Source of the DNA: Planctomycetota bacterium
Lineage (GTDB): Bacteria > Planctomycetota > UBA8108 > UBA1146
NCBI GenBank assembly: GCA_036338595.1
Contig: JAYZBV010000037.1
Span: 71,550-135,549 of the forward strand
Length of the DNA: 64,000 bases
Direction: 5' to 3'
Numbering within the stretch: position 1 is the stretch's first letter; every line of letters begins with the position of its first letter. A model generated the notes under the pieces. That model saw nothing but the letters and a program-made list of their open reading frames with translations. It had not been told where the DNA came from and searched no databases. This document shows, piece after piece, positions 27,965 through 37,289 of this stretch. Both the position numbers and the translations under genes were made by a program.

Positions 27965-28228
27965 TCAGGCTCCCTCGGAGAGGGGCGCAATGGCCTGTCC
28001 AAAGGCGCGGGCTCTCGCCACCTGGTGCAGTTCCCTGGAGAGTCGGATCCCCTTTGCACCGCGTTTCCTGGCCCGCTCCATCATCTGCCACAGGCGATCC
28101 ACATCCTCGAGGATCGAATCTGGTGCCAGATCCAATGGCCGCCCGGTAGCGAGATACTCACTGACTCGCTGACGAACCGACTTCTGCGCCTTGCTTGGCT
28201 CGACGTTCTGCTCGATCAATGAAATCAT
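27965..28228 (-). CDS. Small hypothetical protein, possibly degenerate STAS-like domain
   Basis: 87-aa ORF from ATG 28228 with a G-rich RBS, filling the mraZ-rsmH gap. Confidence 0.55.
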   Translation of the reverse strand: MISLIEQNVEPSKAQKSVRQRVSEYLATGRPLDLAPDSILEDVDRLWQMMERARKRGAKGIRLSRELHQVARARAFGQAIAPLSEGA

Positions 28229-28296
28229 TTTTTCCCCCTGATTTTCCCTTCGACCCTTCCCTTTCCCCGGGGAAGAATCTGTTTTCCTGAAGCCCT

Positions 28297-28803
28297 CTAC
28301 CTCTCTCCGGTGAGTTCTCCACCGAAGTACTTCTGCATCCGGCCCGCATAACTCCCGTGCCGCTCGAGGAACGCATCGATCCTGCGTTGATAGGCATCCC
28401 GGTCGTCGTTTCTCTCCTTCCAGACCTCGGCACCCCAGATTTCGATGCGGTCGAAGCAACCGACAAAAACCAGTTCTCGGTCAAGTTGAGCCCAGTTCCG
28501 TAGCCGCTCGGGAAGCAGCACCCGACCCTGGCGATCGGGGGCCAGATCCTCGGCCTGTCCAAAGTAATCTCGCTGTAATTCGTGGAGTTCGGGGGAGCCG
28601 CGCTCGAAGCGCCGCATCTCGTTGAAGATTCGCTCCCACTCGGCAGCGGTGTAGATCCACAGGCACGGAGCCGTGCCTGCCGTGGCGACGAAGCCCTCCC
28701 CGTCAGCGCGAGGATCGATCTTCGACCTCAGGCGAGAAGGGATGATGACTCTTCCCTTGTCGTCGAGCGTCAGTTCGAACTGTCCCTTGAAGTGAGCTGC
28801 CAT
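28297..28803 (-). CDS. mraZ: Division/cell wall cluster repressor MraZ
   Basis: FKGQFELTLDDKGRVIIP, DRQGRVLLP, VGCFDRIEIW. Confidence 0.95.
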   Translation of the reverse strand: MAAHFKGQFELTLDDKGRVIIPSRLRSKIDPRADGEGFVATAGTAPCLWIYTAAEWERIFNEMRRFERGSPELHELQRDYFGQAEDLAPDRQGRVLLPERLRNWAQLDRELVFVGCFDRIEIWGAEVWKERNDDRDAYQRRIDAFLERHGSYAGRMQKYFGGELTGER

Positions 28804-28866
28804 CGGTTCTCCGTGTTCTGGCCTCGGACAGGCTGGTGTGGGCGCTGACTCGACCCTGGCCGCTGA

Positions 28867-28903
28867 CCCCACCGGGCCTCCCTTGGCCTCCACTTCGCCC
28901 CAC
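28867..28903 (-). promoter_or_regulatory. MraZ-binding direct repeats
   Basis: Minus strand GTGGGG-cgaa-GTGGAG-gccaa-GGGAG-gcccg-GTGGGG, about 10-bp period, overlapping the predicted transcription start. Confidence 0.7.
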
Positions 28904-28930
28904 CATATGGGTACAAATCACCATCGACAA
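28902..28930 (-). promoter_or_regulatory. Candidate sigma70 promoter of the dcw cluster
   Basis: TTGTCG-N17-TATGGT directly abutting the MraZ repeats. Confidence 0.55.
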
Positions 28931-29177
28931 CCGGGCAATCATATAGATCCTTATCAGATAATGGGTTGTGACTTCGACTTCCACAATCCATCGCCACCCA
29001 CTGGCCCTGCCTCCCCTACATCTGGTGCTTTGACGGCCACAAAAAAAATGCAGGCCGCAGATCGGGGTGGGTCCTGGCCGGATGCACTGAACTGGTGCGA
29101 ATACACGTCTTTTGGCGAGTCTGGTGCTATTCAGCGCCCCAGATGCTGGCTTCTGCCAGGACTTGCGTGAGCGAAGA

Positions 29178-29204
29178 GTGGGAGAATGTGGGGAAGAAAT
29201 GGAA
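29178..29204 (+). promoter_or_regulatory. Second, inverted MraZ-type repeat array
   Basis: GTGGGAgaatGTGGGGaagaaATGGAA on the plus strand. Confidence 0.45.
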
Positions 29205-29261
29205 CGATGCCGATGGGCCATCGATGTGGGCGCGTCGATCGGAGGCTCGAGACTGCCCCGA

Positions 29262-30020
29262 TCAGCCGAGCAGCTGCTCCATCTCGGCGACGGCCTGTTC
29301 GAGTGAGGAGGGGTCGATGGTGGATACGGGCACCTGGTGCAGTGTCCCCGATCGCTCAGCGACGGTCAGGACACCGTCGCCGTGACTGATCCATCGCAGC
29401 GCCCTCTTTCGCACCAGAAACAGCGCCAGCAGGTATGCGATACGGGTCCGATCTGCCGAGCCAGAGACCTCCAGCGAGGGGCCAGATGCTGAATTCTTGC
29501 CCGAACCGGGCGATTCATCCGGATCCGCCGATGGCTGCTCTGTGCCCGAGGCGGTCACATCCGGCTCCACCAGGGACAGAAACGTGGCATGCAGCGAGGC
29601 GATGTTGACGATCCGGACGGGAGGTCCCTGCTCAGCAGGAACCGTGGTCTTCCAGCGGGCAAAGAAGGGATCCTGCTCGAGGCGCTCGATGCAAGCCTCA
29701 CAGTGGTCCTGACGCGAGAAGAAAGCAGCCACCCCGTCTCCCTCCTGATCGGGATCGGCCTCGGTGAGAACGGTCCAGAAGGGAGTTCCGCGGTCGATCT
29801 GCTGCTGGCAACGATGGCAACTTCGGCGACTGGCATCGATGCTCCAGCGGCCTCCCCCCGCCACCATCTGCTCCTCGTTTCGCAAACGAGCGAAGGCCTC
29901 CCCGGCAGCGGGTGCAGAACCCGATGGTGCCTCTGAGCCCGCTTCAGCGGCAGGCTCCGGCGGATCCTCCGGGGCCGATGGAGGATCGGAGCCGGCAGAA
30001 GTGGATTCAGACTGATTCAA
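29262..30020 (-). CDS. Hypothetical protein with two CxxC motifs (putative Zn-binding)
   Basis: CHRC...HCEAC; C-terminal YLLALFLVRKRALR. Confidence 0.7.
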   Translation of the reverse strand: MNQSESTSAGSDPPSAPEDPPEPAAEAGSEAPSGSAPAAGEAFARLRNEEQMVAGGGRWSIDASRRSCHRCQQQIDRGTPFWTVLTEADPDQEGDGVAAFFSRQDHCEACIERLEQDPFFARWKTTVPAEQGPPVRIVNIASLHATFLSLVEPDVTASGTEQPSADPDESPGSGKNSASGPSLEVSGSADRTRIAYLLALFLVRKRALRWISHGDGVLTVAERSGTLHQVPVSTIDPSSLEQAVAEMEQLLG

Positions 30021-30173
30021 GGGTGCCCCTCTCCAGTGTCAGGATCACACCCTGCGGCCCCGGCATCAAGTCGCCCTGGCATCCAGTCTCCGTGGCCCTT
30101 GCCCGCCCCCGCTCTGGCATCTACAACCTGAACTGCATGACCACGAAATAGAATCCGAGCAGCCGGAGGAGTC

Positions 30174-33100
30174 TTGGCACAATTAGCGGATCGATACTGC
30201 CATCTTCATGTCCACAGCCACTACAGCCTACTGGATGGTGTGATGACCATTCCATCGATGGTCCGGAGCGCCAAGGATCAGGGGATGAAGGCGCTCGCGT
30301 TGACCGATCATGGCAACATGTACGGTGCGGTAGAGTTCCATGACTGCTGCCACGATGCGGGAATCAAGCCGATCATCGGAATCGAAGCGTACATCACCGA
30401 TGGGAGTCGTCATGACCGCAAGCGAGAGCACGGCAAGCAACACGCATTCCATCTCATCTTGCTGGCAGAGAACGAGGTTGGATACCACAACCTACTTCAA
30501 CTGACCACCGGCGCCTTCACCGAGGGCTTCTACTACAAGCCACGCATCGACCATCAATTGCTGAGTCAGCACTCGGATGGACTCATCGCCACGTCAGCGT
30601 GCCTCTCGGGAGAGATCAATCGAGCACTACTTCATGGGGATAGCGAGAAGGCCGAGCAATGCGCACGTCGGTACATCGACATCTTTGCACCCGGACGCTT
30701 CTTCATGGAGGTGCAGGATCACGGACTTGCCGAACAGAAGCGTATACTGGAAAGAGCGCCCGAACTCGCCAGCAGACTGGGTGTTCCGGTGATCGCAACC
30801 AATGATGTGCACTATCTCCGCAAAGAAGATGCTCACGCACAGGAAGTGCATCTCTGCATCAACACGGGCAAGAAGATGGAAGATACCGATCGAATGACCT
30901 TCGATTCGGATTCCTTCTACTTCAAAAGCGGCGATGAGATGGCTCGCCTCTTTGGGGACTACCCCGAGTACATCTCCAACACGATGGATATCGCATCGAT
31001 GATCGATTTCAAGATGGAGACGGGCAAGACCTTTCTGCCGGTCTTCGTGGAAGGCGATACGGACAACTCATCGAAGCCACAGACTCCGGAAGATCTTCAA
31101 GACAGCAACCAGGAACGGTTCCGCGAGCTGGTCGAGGAAGGATTCCATCGCCTCTATCCAGACCCATCCGATGAGGCCAGGGAACGCCTCGAGTACGAGA
31201 TCTCGGTGATCGTCGAGATGGGTTTTGTCTCCTATTTCCTGATCACCTGGGACTTCTGCAGGTACGCCAGAAGTGAGGGAATACCGGTCGGCCCGGGTCG
31301 GGGATCGGCGGTGGGTTCGATCGTCTCCTACTGCCTCGGTATCACCAACCTGTGCCCTCTCAAGTACGATCTGATCTTCGAGAGATTTCTCAACTCGGAC
31401 CGGATCTCGATGCCCGATATCGACATCGACTTCTGCATCGATGGCCGTGAAAAGGTGATCCGTTACGTGCAAGAAAAGTACGGCTCAGATCGGGTGTGCC
31501 AGATCGTCACATTCGGAACGATGGCGGCGAAGGCGGTGATCCGTGATGTCGGGCGAGTGCTGAGCATCCCACTCAAAGACGTCGACACCATCGCCAAGTT
31601 GATACCGGATACGGTAGGGATCAAGCTCGAGGAAGCGATCCTGCAGGAGCCCAAGCTCGCAGCCGCAGCAAAGGACCCTCGTTTCGAGGAGCTATTCGAT
31701 GTCGGTCAACGCCTCGAGGGCCTCAACCGTCATTGCTCGACTCACGCCGCAGGTGTGGTGATCGCAGACAGGCCACTGACCGAGTTGATCCCGCTGGCCA
31801 AGAATGGTGAGGACATCGTCACCCAGTACCCGATGGAGATCCTCGAGCAGCTGGGCATGTTGAAGATGGACTTTCTCGGGCTTCGCAATCTCACCATCCT
31901 CGACAGGGCCATCGGCCTCATCGAGGAGCACGAGGGCATCAAGGTCGATCTCGACAACCTCCCCCTCGATGATGCGGCCACATTCAAACTGCTCTGCCTG
32001 GGCGAGACGCACGGGATCTTCCAGCTCGAGAGTAAAGGCATGCGAAAGCTGCTGAGAAATCTCGCCCCGGACTCTTTCGAGGATGTGATCGCTGTGCTGG
32101 CACTGTTCAGACCGGGACCTCTCGGGTCCGGGATGCACACACTTTACTGCGATCGAAAGCATGGCAAGGAGAAGGTCGAATACCTTCATGCTGCTCTCCA
32201 GCCGATCCTCGAGGCGACCAATGGCGTGATCCTGTACCAGGAGCAGGTGATGAAGATCGCCCACGACCTTGCCGGATTCTCGATGAACGATGCAGACAAC
32301 CTGCGAAAGGCGATGGGCAAGAAGAAGATCAAATTGATGGAAAAGTTCAGGGATCAGTTCGTCTCCGGTGCCGAGCAGCAGAGCAAGATGCCGGCAAAGA
32401 TTTCAAAGTCCATCTTCGAGCAGATCGAGCAGTTCGCAAAGTATGGATTCAACAAGTCTCACTCGACCGCCTACGCATTGATCTCTTATCAGACCGCATA
32501 TCTCAAGGCGAATCACCCGGGTGCATTTCTTGCAGCACTGATGTCCTGCCACATCACCGCAGTGGACAAGATGATCACCTATCTTGAGGAGTGCAAGGTG
32601 ATGGGACTGGAGGTTCTCCCTCCTCATGTCAATCTGTCGTGCAACAACTTCTCGCTTCAAGATGACAAGATCGTTTACGGGCTTGTTGCTCTCAAGGGAG
32701 TCGGAGAAAGGGCGATCGAGGCGATCATCGATCAACGCGAAAAATCGGGTCCCTTCAAGACACTGTTCGACCTGACCTCGCGGGTCGAGCCCGAACTGGT
32801 CAACAAGATGGTGCTGGAACAGTTGATCAATGCCGGTGCCATGGATGGCCTGGGACCTGATCGACCGTCACTTTTTGCCGCGGTCAAGGACGCCATCGAT
32901 GAAGGAAAACGGGTTCATGCGGAGCGCAGAGCCGGTCAACTGAGCCTGTTCGCCTCGGATGCGGCACCCACGGTTCAGGAGCAGTGGCCCGTGGTTCCGC
33001 AGTGGAGCGATGGCGAGACTCTATCGAGAGAAAAGGCCTCCCTTGGATTCTATCTGAGCGGACACCCACTCGAACGGATCGAAAGCGAGATCGAGCCGCT

Positions 33101-33695
33101 TCGCAGTCATCTGATCTCCTCTCTCACCAGCGGCCAGGACCAGAAACCGGTCACCCTGGTGACGATGGTCTCGAAGATCAAGAAACGGCAGACCCGGCGC
33201 GGCGAGCCGATGGCGATCTTGACCATCGAGGATCGAAGCGGCTCCATCGAGGCGGTCCTCTTTCCCAAGGTCTTCAAGGAGGCGAACGAGATGCTGGAGG
33301 AGGATCGGATCCTCGTCGTCCAGGGAACCGCCGAGATCACCGAGAATCAAGAAGGGGGCAGCGGCGGCAGCGGAGGCGGCGGCAATCAGATCGTGGTCAA
33401 AAGGCTCCTGTCACTCGATACCGCCGCAGAACGGGTCACGCGCCAGATCGGCATCAACTTTCCCCCCGATGCGACCGAAGCAGTTCTGTTTCAGACCAAG
33501 GAGATCCTGCAACGCCATCCAGGCAAGTTGCCGGTGACCCTGCTCTTTGACCAGCATGGCCCGAACTCGTGGCGGATCGACTGTGGTGAGCGGTTACGAA
33601 CCAGCGCCTCGCAGCAGATGATCACCGAGATTCGCTCATTGCTGGGTGAGAACTCGGTTCGTCTCGACATCGCCAGCCCGGTGGAGTCGGCATGA
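30174..33695 (+). CDS. dnaE: DNA polymerase III alpha subunit
   Basis: PHP domain HLHVHSHYSLLDG, GRGSAVGS, MPDIDIDF, KMDFLGL, FNKSH, OB fold; TTG start with GGAGG RBS. Confidence 0.98.
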   Translation: MAQLADRYCHLHVHSHYSLLDGVMTIPSMVRSAKDQGMKALALTDHGNMYGAVEFHDCCHDAGIKPIIGIEAYITDGSRHDRKREHGKQHAFHLILLAENEVGYHNLLQLTTGAFTEGFYYKPRIDHQLLSQHSDGLIATSACLSGEINRALLHGDSEKAEQCARRYIDIFAPGRFFMEVQDHGLAEQKRILERAPELASRLGVPVIATNDVHYLRKEDAHAQEVHLCINTGKKMEDTDRMTFDSDSFYFKSGDEMARLFGDYPEYISNTMDIASMIDFKMETGKTFLPVFVEGDTDNSSKPQTPEDLQDSNQERFRELVEEGFHRLYPDPSDEARERLEYEISVIVEMGFVSYFLITWDFCRYARSEGIPVGPGRGSAVGSIVSYCLGITNLCPLKYDLIFERFLNSDRISMPDIDIDFCIDGREKVIRYVQEKYGSDRVCQIVTFGTMAAKAVIRDVGRVLSIPLKDVDTIAKLIPDTVGIKLEEAILQEPKLAAAAKDPRFEELFDVGQRLEGLNRHCSTHAAGVVIADRPLTELIPLAKNGEDIVTQYPMEILEQLGMLKMDFLGLRNLTILDRAIGLIEEHEGIKVDLDNLPLDDAATFKLLCLGETHGIFQLESKGMRKLLRNLAPDSFEDVIAVLALFRPGPLGSGMHTLYCDRKHGKEKVEYLHAALQPILEATNGVILYQEQVMKIAHDLAGFSMNDADNLRKAMGKKKIKLMEKFRDQFVSGAEQQSKMPAKISKSIFEQIEQFAKYGFNKSHSTAYALISYQTAYLKANHPGAFLAALMSCHITAVDKMITYLEECKVMGLEVLPPHVNLSCNNFSLQDDKIVYGLVALKGVGERAIEAIIDQREKSGPFKTLFDLTSRVEPELVNKMVLEQLINAGAMDGLGPDRPSLFAAVKDAIDEGKRVHAERRAGQLSLFASDAAPTVQEQWPVVPQWSDGETLSREKASLGFYLSGHPLERIESEIEPLRSHLISSLTSGQDQKPVTLVTMVSKIKKRQTRRGEPMAILTIEDRSGSIEAVLFPKVFKEANEMLEEDRILVVQGTAEITENQEGGSGGSGGGGNQIVVKRLLSLDTAAERVTRQIGINFPPDATEAVLFQTKEILQRHPGKLPVTLLFDQHGPNSWRIDCGERLRTSASQQMITEIRSLLGENSVRLDIASPVESA

Positions 33696-34417
33696 AAAAG
33701 AGTCTTCTGGCTCTGGATCTACCGCTGTTTCAGGAGAATGTGACTCGCTTTCGCGACACACTGGGCGAGCTGGCCAGACCGGGTGAACCGGGAGCGACGA
33801 TTCTCCCCGTGACCAAGTATCTCGACCGCGATGATTCCAGAACTCTTCTTGAGCAAGGATTCTGGCCGCTTGGTGAAAATCGCTCCGATCAGTTGATGCA
33901 GAAAACAGATCCGGGACAGGATCCGGACTGCTGGCATTTCATCGGCAGACTTCAGCGCAACAAGATCAGTACCGTGGTACCACGCATCGGTCTGCTTCAC
34001 TCGCTCGATTCTGAACGACTCGCAGCATCCCTCGACGCCTGGGTTGAAGATCACCTGGTTTCTCCGCTCGGCGTGCTGGTCCAGGTCAACATTGCAGGCG
34101 AAACACGGAAGGCGGGTATCGATCCCGTGCTGGCGCCCGAGTTGATCATCGACTGGGTGAGCCGATTTCGGTCGTTACGGTTTGAAGGATTGATGACGAT
34201 GCCACCCGACCTGAGTGCCGAGCAATGCAGGCCCGTATTCCGCCAGTTGCGGCTAATTCGAGACTCCATCCGAGACCAGCTCTCCCCGGACGCTGCCAGT
34301 GCCTTTTCCCATCTCTCGATGGGTATGTCAGGAGACTGGCAAGTCGCGGCCGAGGAGGGCGCCACCTGGATACGGATCGGGCGTGCGCTCTTCCTTCCTC
34401 CCGGGCTGGAGGACTGA
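33692..34417 (+). CDS. yggS: PLP homeostasis protein YggS family
   Basis: PVTKY, GENR, WHFIGRLQRNK, GLMTM, LSMGMSGD, RIGRALF. Confidence 0.93.
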   Translation: MKKSLLALDLPLFQENVTRFRDTLGELARPGEPGATILPVTKYLDRDDSRTLLEQGFWPLGENRSDQLMQKTDPGQDPDCWHFIGRLQRNKISTVVPRIGLLHSLDSERLAASLDAWVEDHLVSPLGVLVQVNIAGETRKAGIDPVLAPELIIDWVSRFRSLRFEGLMTMPPDLSAEQCRPVFRQLRLIRDSIRDQLSPDAASAFSHLSMGMSGDWQVAAEEGATWIRIGRALFLPPGLED

Positions 34418-36936
34418 TGCCCCGCATCGTCGCCGAGAAGGGGCCGGACCGCGGCAGCACCTGGTCGATACGAGAGCAGGGCGTTCTCCTGATAGGGAGA
34501 GACTCCAGTGCCCAGATCGCGCTGCGGGATGAAGAGATCAGCAGGCGCCACTGCCAGCTCGAATACCGTGATCGTCAGTGGCTACTGCGGGATCTCGAGA
34601 GCACCAATGGTGTTCTCCTCAACGGCGAGGAGATCACCGAACCGACTGCGCTCAAGCACAACGATCACATCGAGGTTGGCATCACGCGACTCACCTTTCT
34701 CAATGACGACGACCCCTTGCTGGGCTCCGAGATAGGCGGCTGCAGGATAGAACAGAGAATCGGGCGCGGAGGAATGGGAACGGTTTATCGTGCGCGCCAA
34801 AAGTCTCTCGACCGACCCATTGCGCTCAAGATCCTGTCGGAGAAGTACACCAGCGATCCGCAGTTCATCGAGATGTTCATCCGAGAAGCAAGGGCGGCGG
34901 GGCGACTCAGCCATCCTCACATCGTGCAGGTATACGATGTCGGAAAAGAAGGTGAGCAGCACTACTTCACCATGGAACTGGTCGCAGGTGGCAGCGTCGA
35001 AAAGGTGATCGATGAGGGGGGTGCCATCAGCGTCGATCAGGCGCTGCGCATCGCCAGGGATGCCGCCACAGGACTGGAGTATGCCGAGAAGCAGGGGATG
35101 GTTCACCGCGATATCAAACCCGGAAATTTGATGATCGCAACCAACGGGGCGGTCAAGATCGGAGACCTGGGCATCGCTCGACAGACCGACGAATCGGGAG
35201 TTGCGTCGCAACAGGATGGTGTCAGCGGATCCCCCCACTACATCGCTCCTGAACAGGCTCGAGGAGAAGCCATCGATCAGCGAGCAGACATCTACTCGCT
35301 GGGGGCGACGCTCTTTCACTGCCTCGCCGGGCGAACCCCGTACAGGGGAGCCGGTGCCAGGGAAGTGATTCTCAAGCACATCCAGGCCAAGACGGCACCC
35401 GACCTTCTCGAGATGGCTCCCGAGGTCCCTGCAGAGATCTGCGATCTGGTCGCCCGGATGATGTCACCTGATCCGTCGGGACGCCCCGCCAGTGCAAGAG
35501 TTCTCGGCGAAGAACTCGATCAACTGTTGATCCGCCACGGATCGAGAAGCCAGCAACAACTCCGACCATCCCGACTGAAATCATCGATGACCTGGATCGT
35601 TCTCTTGATCATCATGCTGGGCACCATCGGTGGACTGCTCCAGTTGCAGAAGATTCGGATGAACGAAGACCTGGCGGCTCAGAACCTGGCCACAAGGCGA
35701 CTTGAACTGTCACATCGCCTCGACCTGGCAGATTCAGCAGTGAGCAGAGGAGAACCGGTCTCGGCACAGGAAATCCTCGATTCGCTCGCAGATGTTCCTG
35801 AAGACCTACTCAATCGAATCAGAGATCTGGAGCAAGCGATCGAACTGGAACACCGGAGGATCGACACCGTCTCCCGCGAGGAACAGGCCAGAAGCAGGCT
35901 TGCGGAGATCCTCACCACGGGCGAGGACAAATTGCCTCCCGAGCAACGATTGCAGCAACTGAACACACTGGCCAGGAATCACCCGGACACCCGCGCCGGC
36001 GAACGAGCTGCGGAGCTTGCCGGCAGCCTGAAGGAGACACTGGAACTGAAAGAAAAGCTCGAGGGGGACGCTCTCATCGCATGGAAGCAGACCCTCGCCA
36101 GGGCTCAGGGATGGAGAAGCTCCGGGAATCCGGCTCGAGCGCGAGAGGAAGCACTGACTCTTCCGGAGCAGTTCGCCAGCACGGAGGCCTGGAATCTGCG
36201 AGGACACTTCCTTGATCAACTCGATTCGGAAGCGACTGGATTGTGGGCTCGAGCTCGCGCCGAAGTACGGAGGCTGCTGACGGAGGACCGGATCGCCCAG
36301 GCAGAAGATGTCATCGACGGTGTGGTGTCTCGTGCCCTGCTACCCTGCACTCGCGACCTCGAACCACTTCTTCGTGCCGAGGTGAAGAAGGCGCGCGCAA
36401 CCTCGGCAGAGACCCGTACTCCTGAGGTCGGTCCCGTCGTCCAGGAGGGCTGGAGTGCCTTCAATCGGACCTTCTCCGGGCGCGAGGCCTGTGTCGTGCT
36501 GCGTGATGCCGCACTCCGGGATGGACTGCCTGAAAGTGCGATGGTCCTGATCGATCGTCATCTGGCGTTCCTGGGCAATTTTGACCAGTTGCTGCTGAAT
36601 ATCCCTGCCGTCGAACTCCCCTACAAGCGGGATCGGGTCATCGAGGGAAGCGGCTCCGGGGACATCACTGCGCCTCATGTGAAAATCGAGAAGGATCGAG
36701 TGAGCTATCGGGAATCACCGCAGCAGGTCGGGCGTTATCTCCTGTGGAAGGAAATCGCCCCCGGATCCAGACTCGATCTACTGCTCGAGGCAGGTCCTCC
36801 TCGGGAAATCCTCGAGCATGTCACGGTACTGCTCGAATGGGCAGGCCGGGAGTCCGACGCGAGGGCGCTCTGGAGCCGCATCGATCCGAAGACCACCGAT
36901 TCGATTCGCCAGCTGGTCGAGGAGACGCAGGATTAG
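34417..36936 (+). CDS. FHA-domain Hanks-type Ser/Thr protein kinase with TM helix and large periplasmic helical domain
   Basis: FHA (IGRD...ISRRH...STNG); kinase motifs GRGGMG, ALK, HRDIKPGN, DLG, APE, DIYSLG; TM WIVLLIIMLGTIGGLL; ATG overlaps the yggS stop. Confidence 0.93.
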   Translation: MPRIVAEKGPDRGSTWSIREQGVLLIGRDSSAQIALRDEEISRRHCQLEYRDRQWLLRDLESTNGVLLNGEEITEPTALKHNDHIEVGITRLTFLNDDDPLLGSEIGGCRIEQRIGRGGMGTVYRARQKSLDRPIALKILSEKYTSDPQFIEMFIREARAAGRLSHPHIVQVYDVGKEGEQHYFTMELVAGGSVEKVIDEGGAISVDQALRIARDAATGLEYAEKQGMVHRDIKPGNLMIATNGAVKIGDLGIARQTDESGVASQQDGVSGSPHYIAPEQARGEAIDQRADIYSLGATLFHCLAGRTPYRGAGAREVILKHIQAKTAPDLLEMAPEVPAEICDLVARMMSPDPSGRPASARVLGEELDQLLIRHGSRSQQQLRPSRLKSSMTWIVLLIIMLGTIGGLLQLQKIRMNEDLAAQNLATRRLELSHRLDLADSAVSRGEPVSAQEILDSLADVPEDLLNRIRDLEQAIELEHRRIDTVSREEQARSRLAEILTTGEDKLPPEQRLQQLNTLARNHPDTRAGERAAELAGSLKETLELKEKLEGDALIAWKQTLARAQGWRSSGNPARAREEALTLPEQFASTEAWNLRGHFLDQLDSEATGLWARARAEVRRLLTEDRIAQAEDVIDGVVSRALLPCTRDLEPLLRAEVKKARATSAETRTPEVGPVVQEGWSAFNRTFSGREACVVLRDAALRDGLPESAMVLIDRHLAFLGNFDQLLLNIPAVELPYKRDRVIEGSGSGDITAPHVKIEKDRVSYRESPQQVGRYLLWKEIAPGSRLDLLLEAGPPREILEHVTVLLEWAGRESDARALWSRIDPKTTDSIRQLVEETQD

Positions 36937-36948
36937 GCTGGAAGGATA

Positions 36949-37263
36949 GTGGTGTCATCCTATACTCCGGTCGCGCTGGTTCAGACCGAGCAGGGAGTGG
37001 AACTGCCGGTCTGGGCGATTGCAGGATCTTCTCGGACAGAGATCGGCGGCGTCCGTGAAGGATCGCTGATCGTTCGTATCCGTTCGGCACCCGAGAAGGG
37101 GAAGGCAAACAGGGCCATCATCGACCTACTGGCAGCTGTACTACTGCTGCGAAGGAAAGATGTGGTGCTGATGCGCGGCGAGCACCACAGGAACAAGAGG
37201 ATGCTCCTGAGTGGAGCCCGGATGCAACAGATCGAACAGATCCTGCGCACATCGATGGAGTGA
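36949..37263 (+). CDS. DUF167/YggU family protein
   Basis: SAPEKGKANRAIIDLLA...GEHHRNK. Confidence 0.85.
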   Translation: MVSSYTPVALVQTEQGVELPVWAIAGSSRTEIGGVREGSLIVRIRSAPEKGKANRAIIDLLAAVLLLRRKDVVLMRGEHHRNKRMLLSGARMQQIEQILRTSME

Positions 37264-37289
37264 CAAGATCGATCCGACAAGGAGAAGGA

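Noticed and set aside
28804..29261. rnpB or another structured RNA upstream of mraZ
   Set aside because: RNase P RNA hallmarks (GAGGAAAGTCC and the 3' AACCCGGCTTA-like segment) not found on either strand; an Rfam scan would be needed to exclude other RNAs
30174..33695. Intein in dnaE; Gly-rich GGSGGSGGGG insert near 33354-33383
   Set aside because: Length is normal and no intein motifs were seen; the Gly run is most simply a short loop insertion
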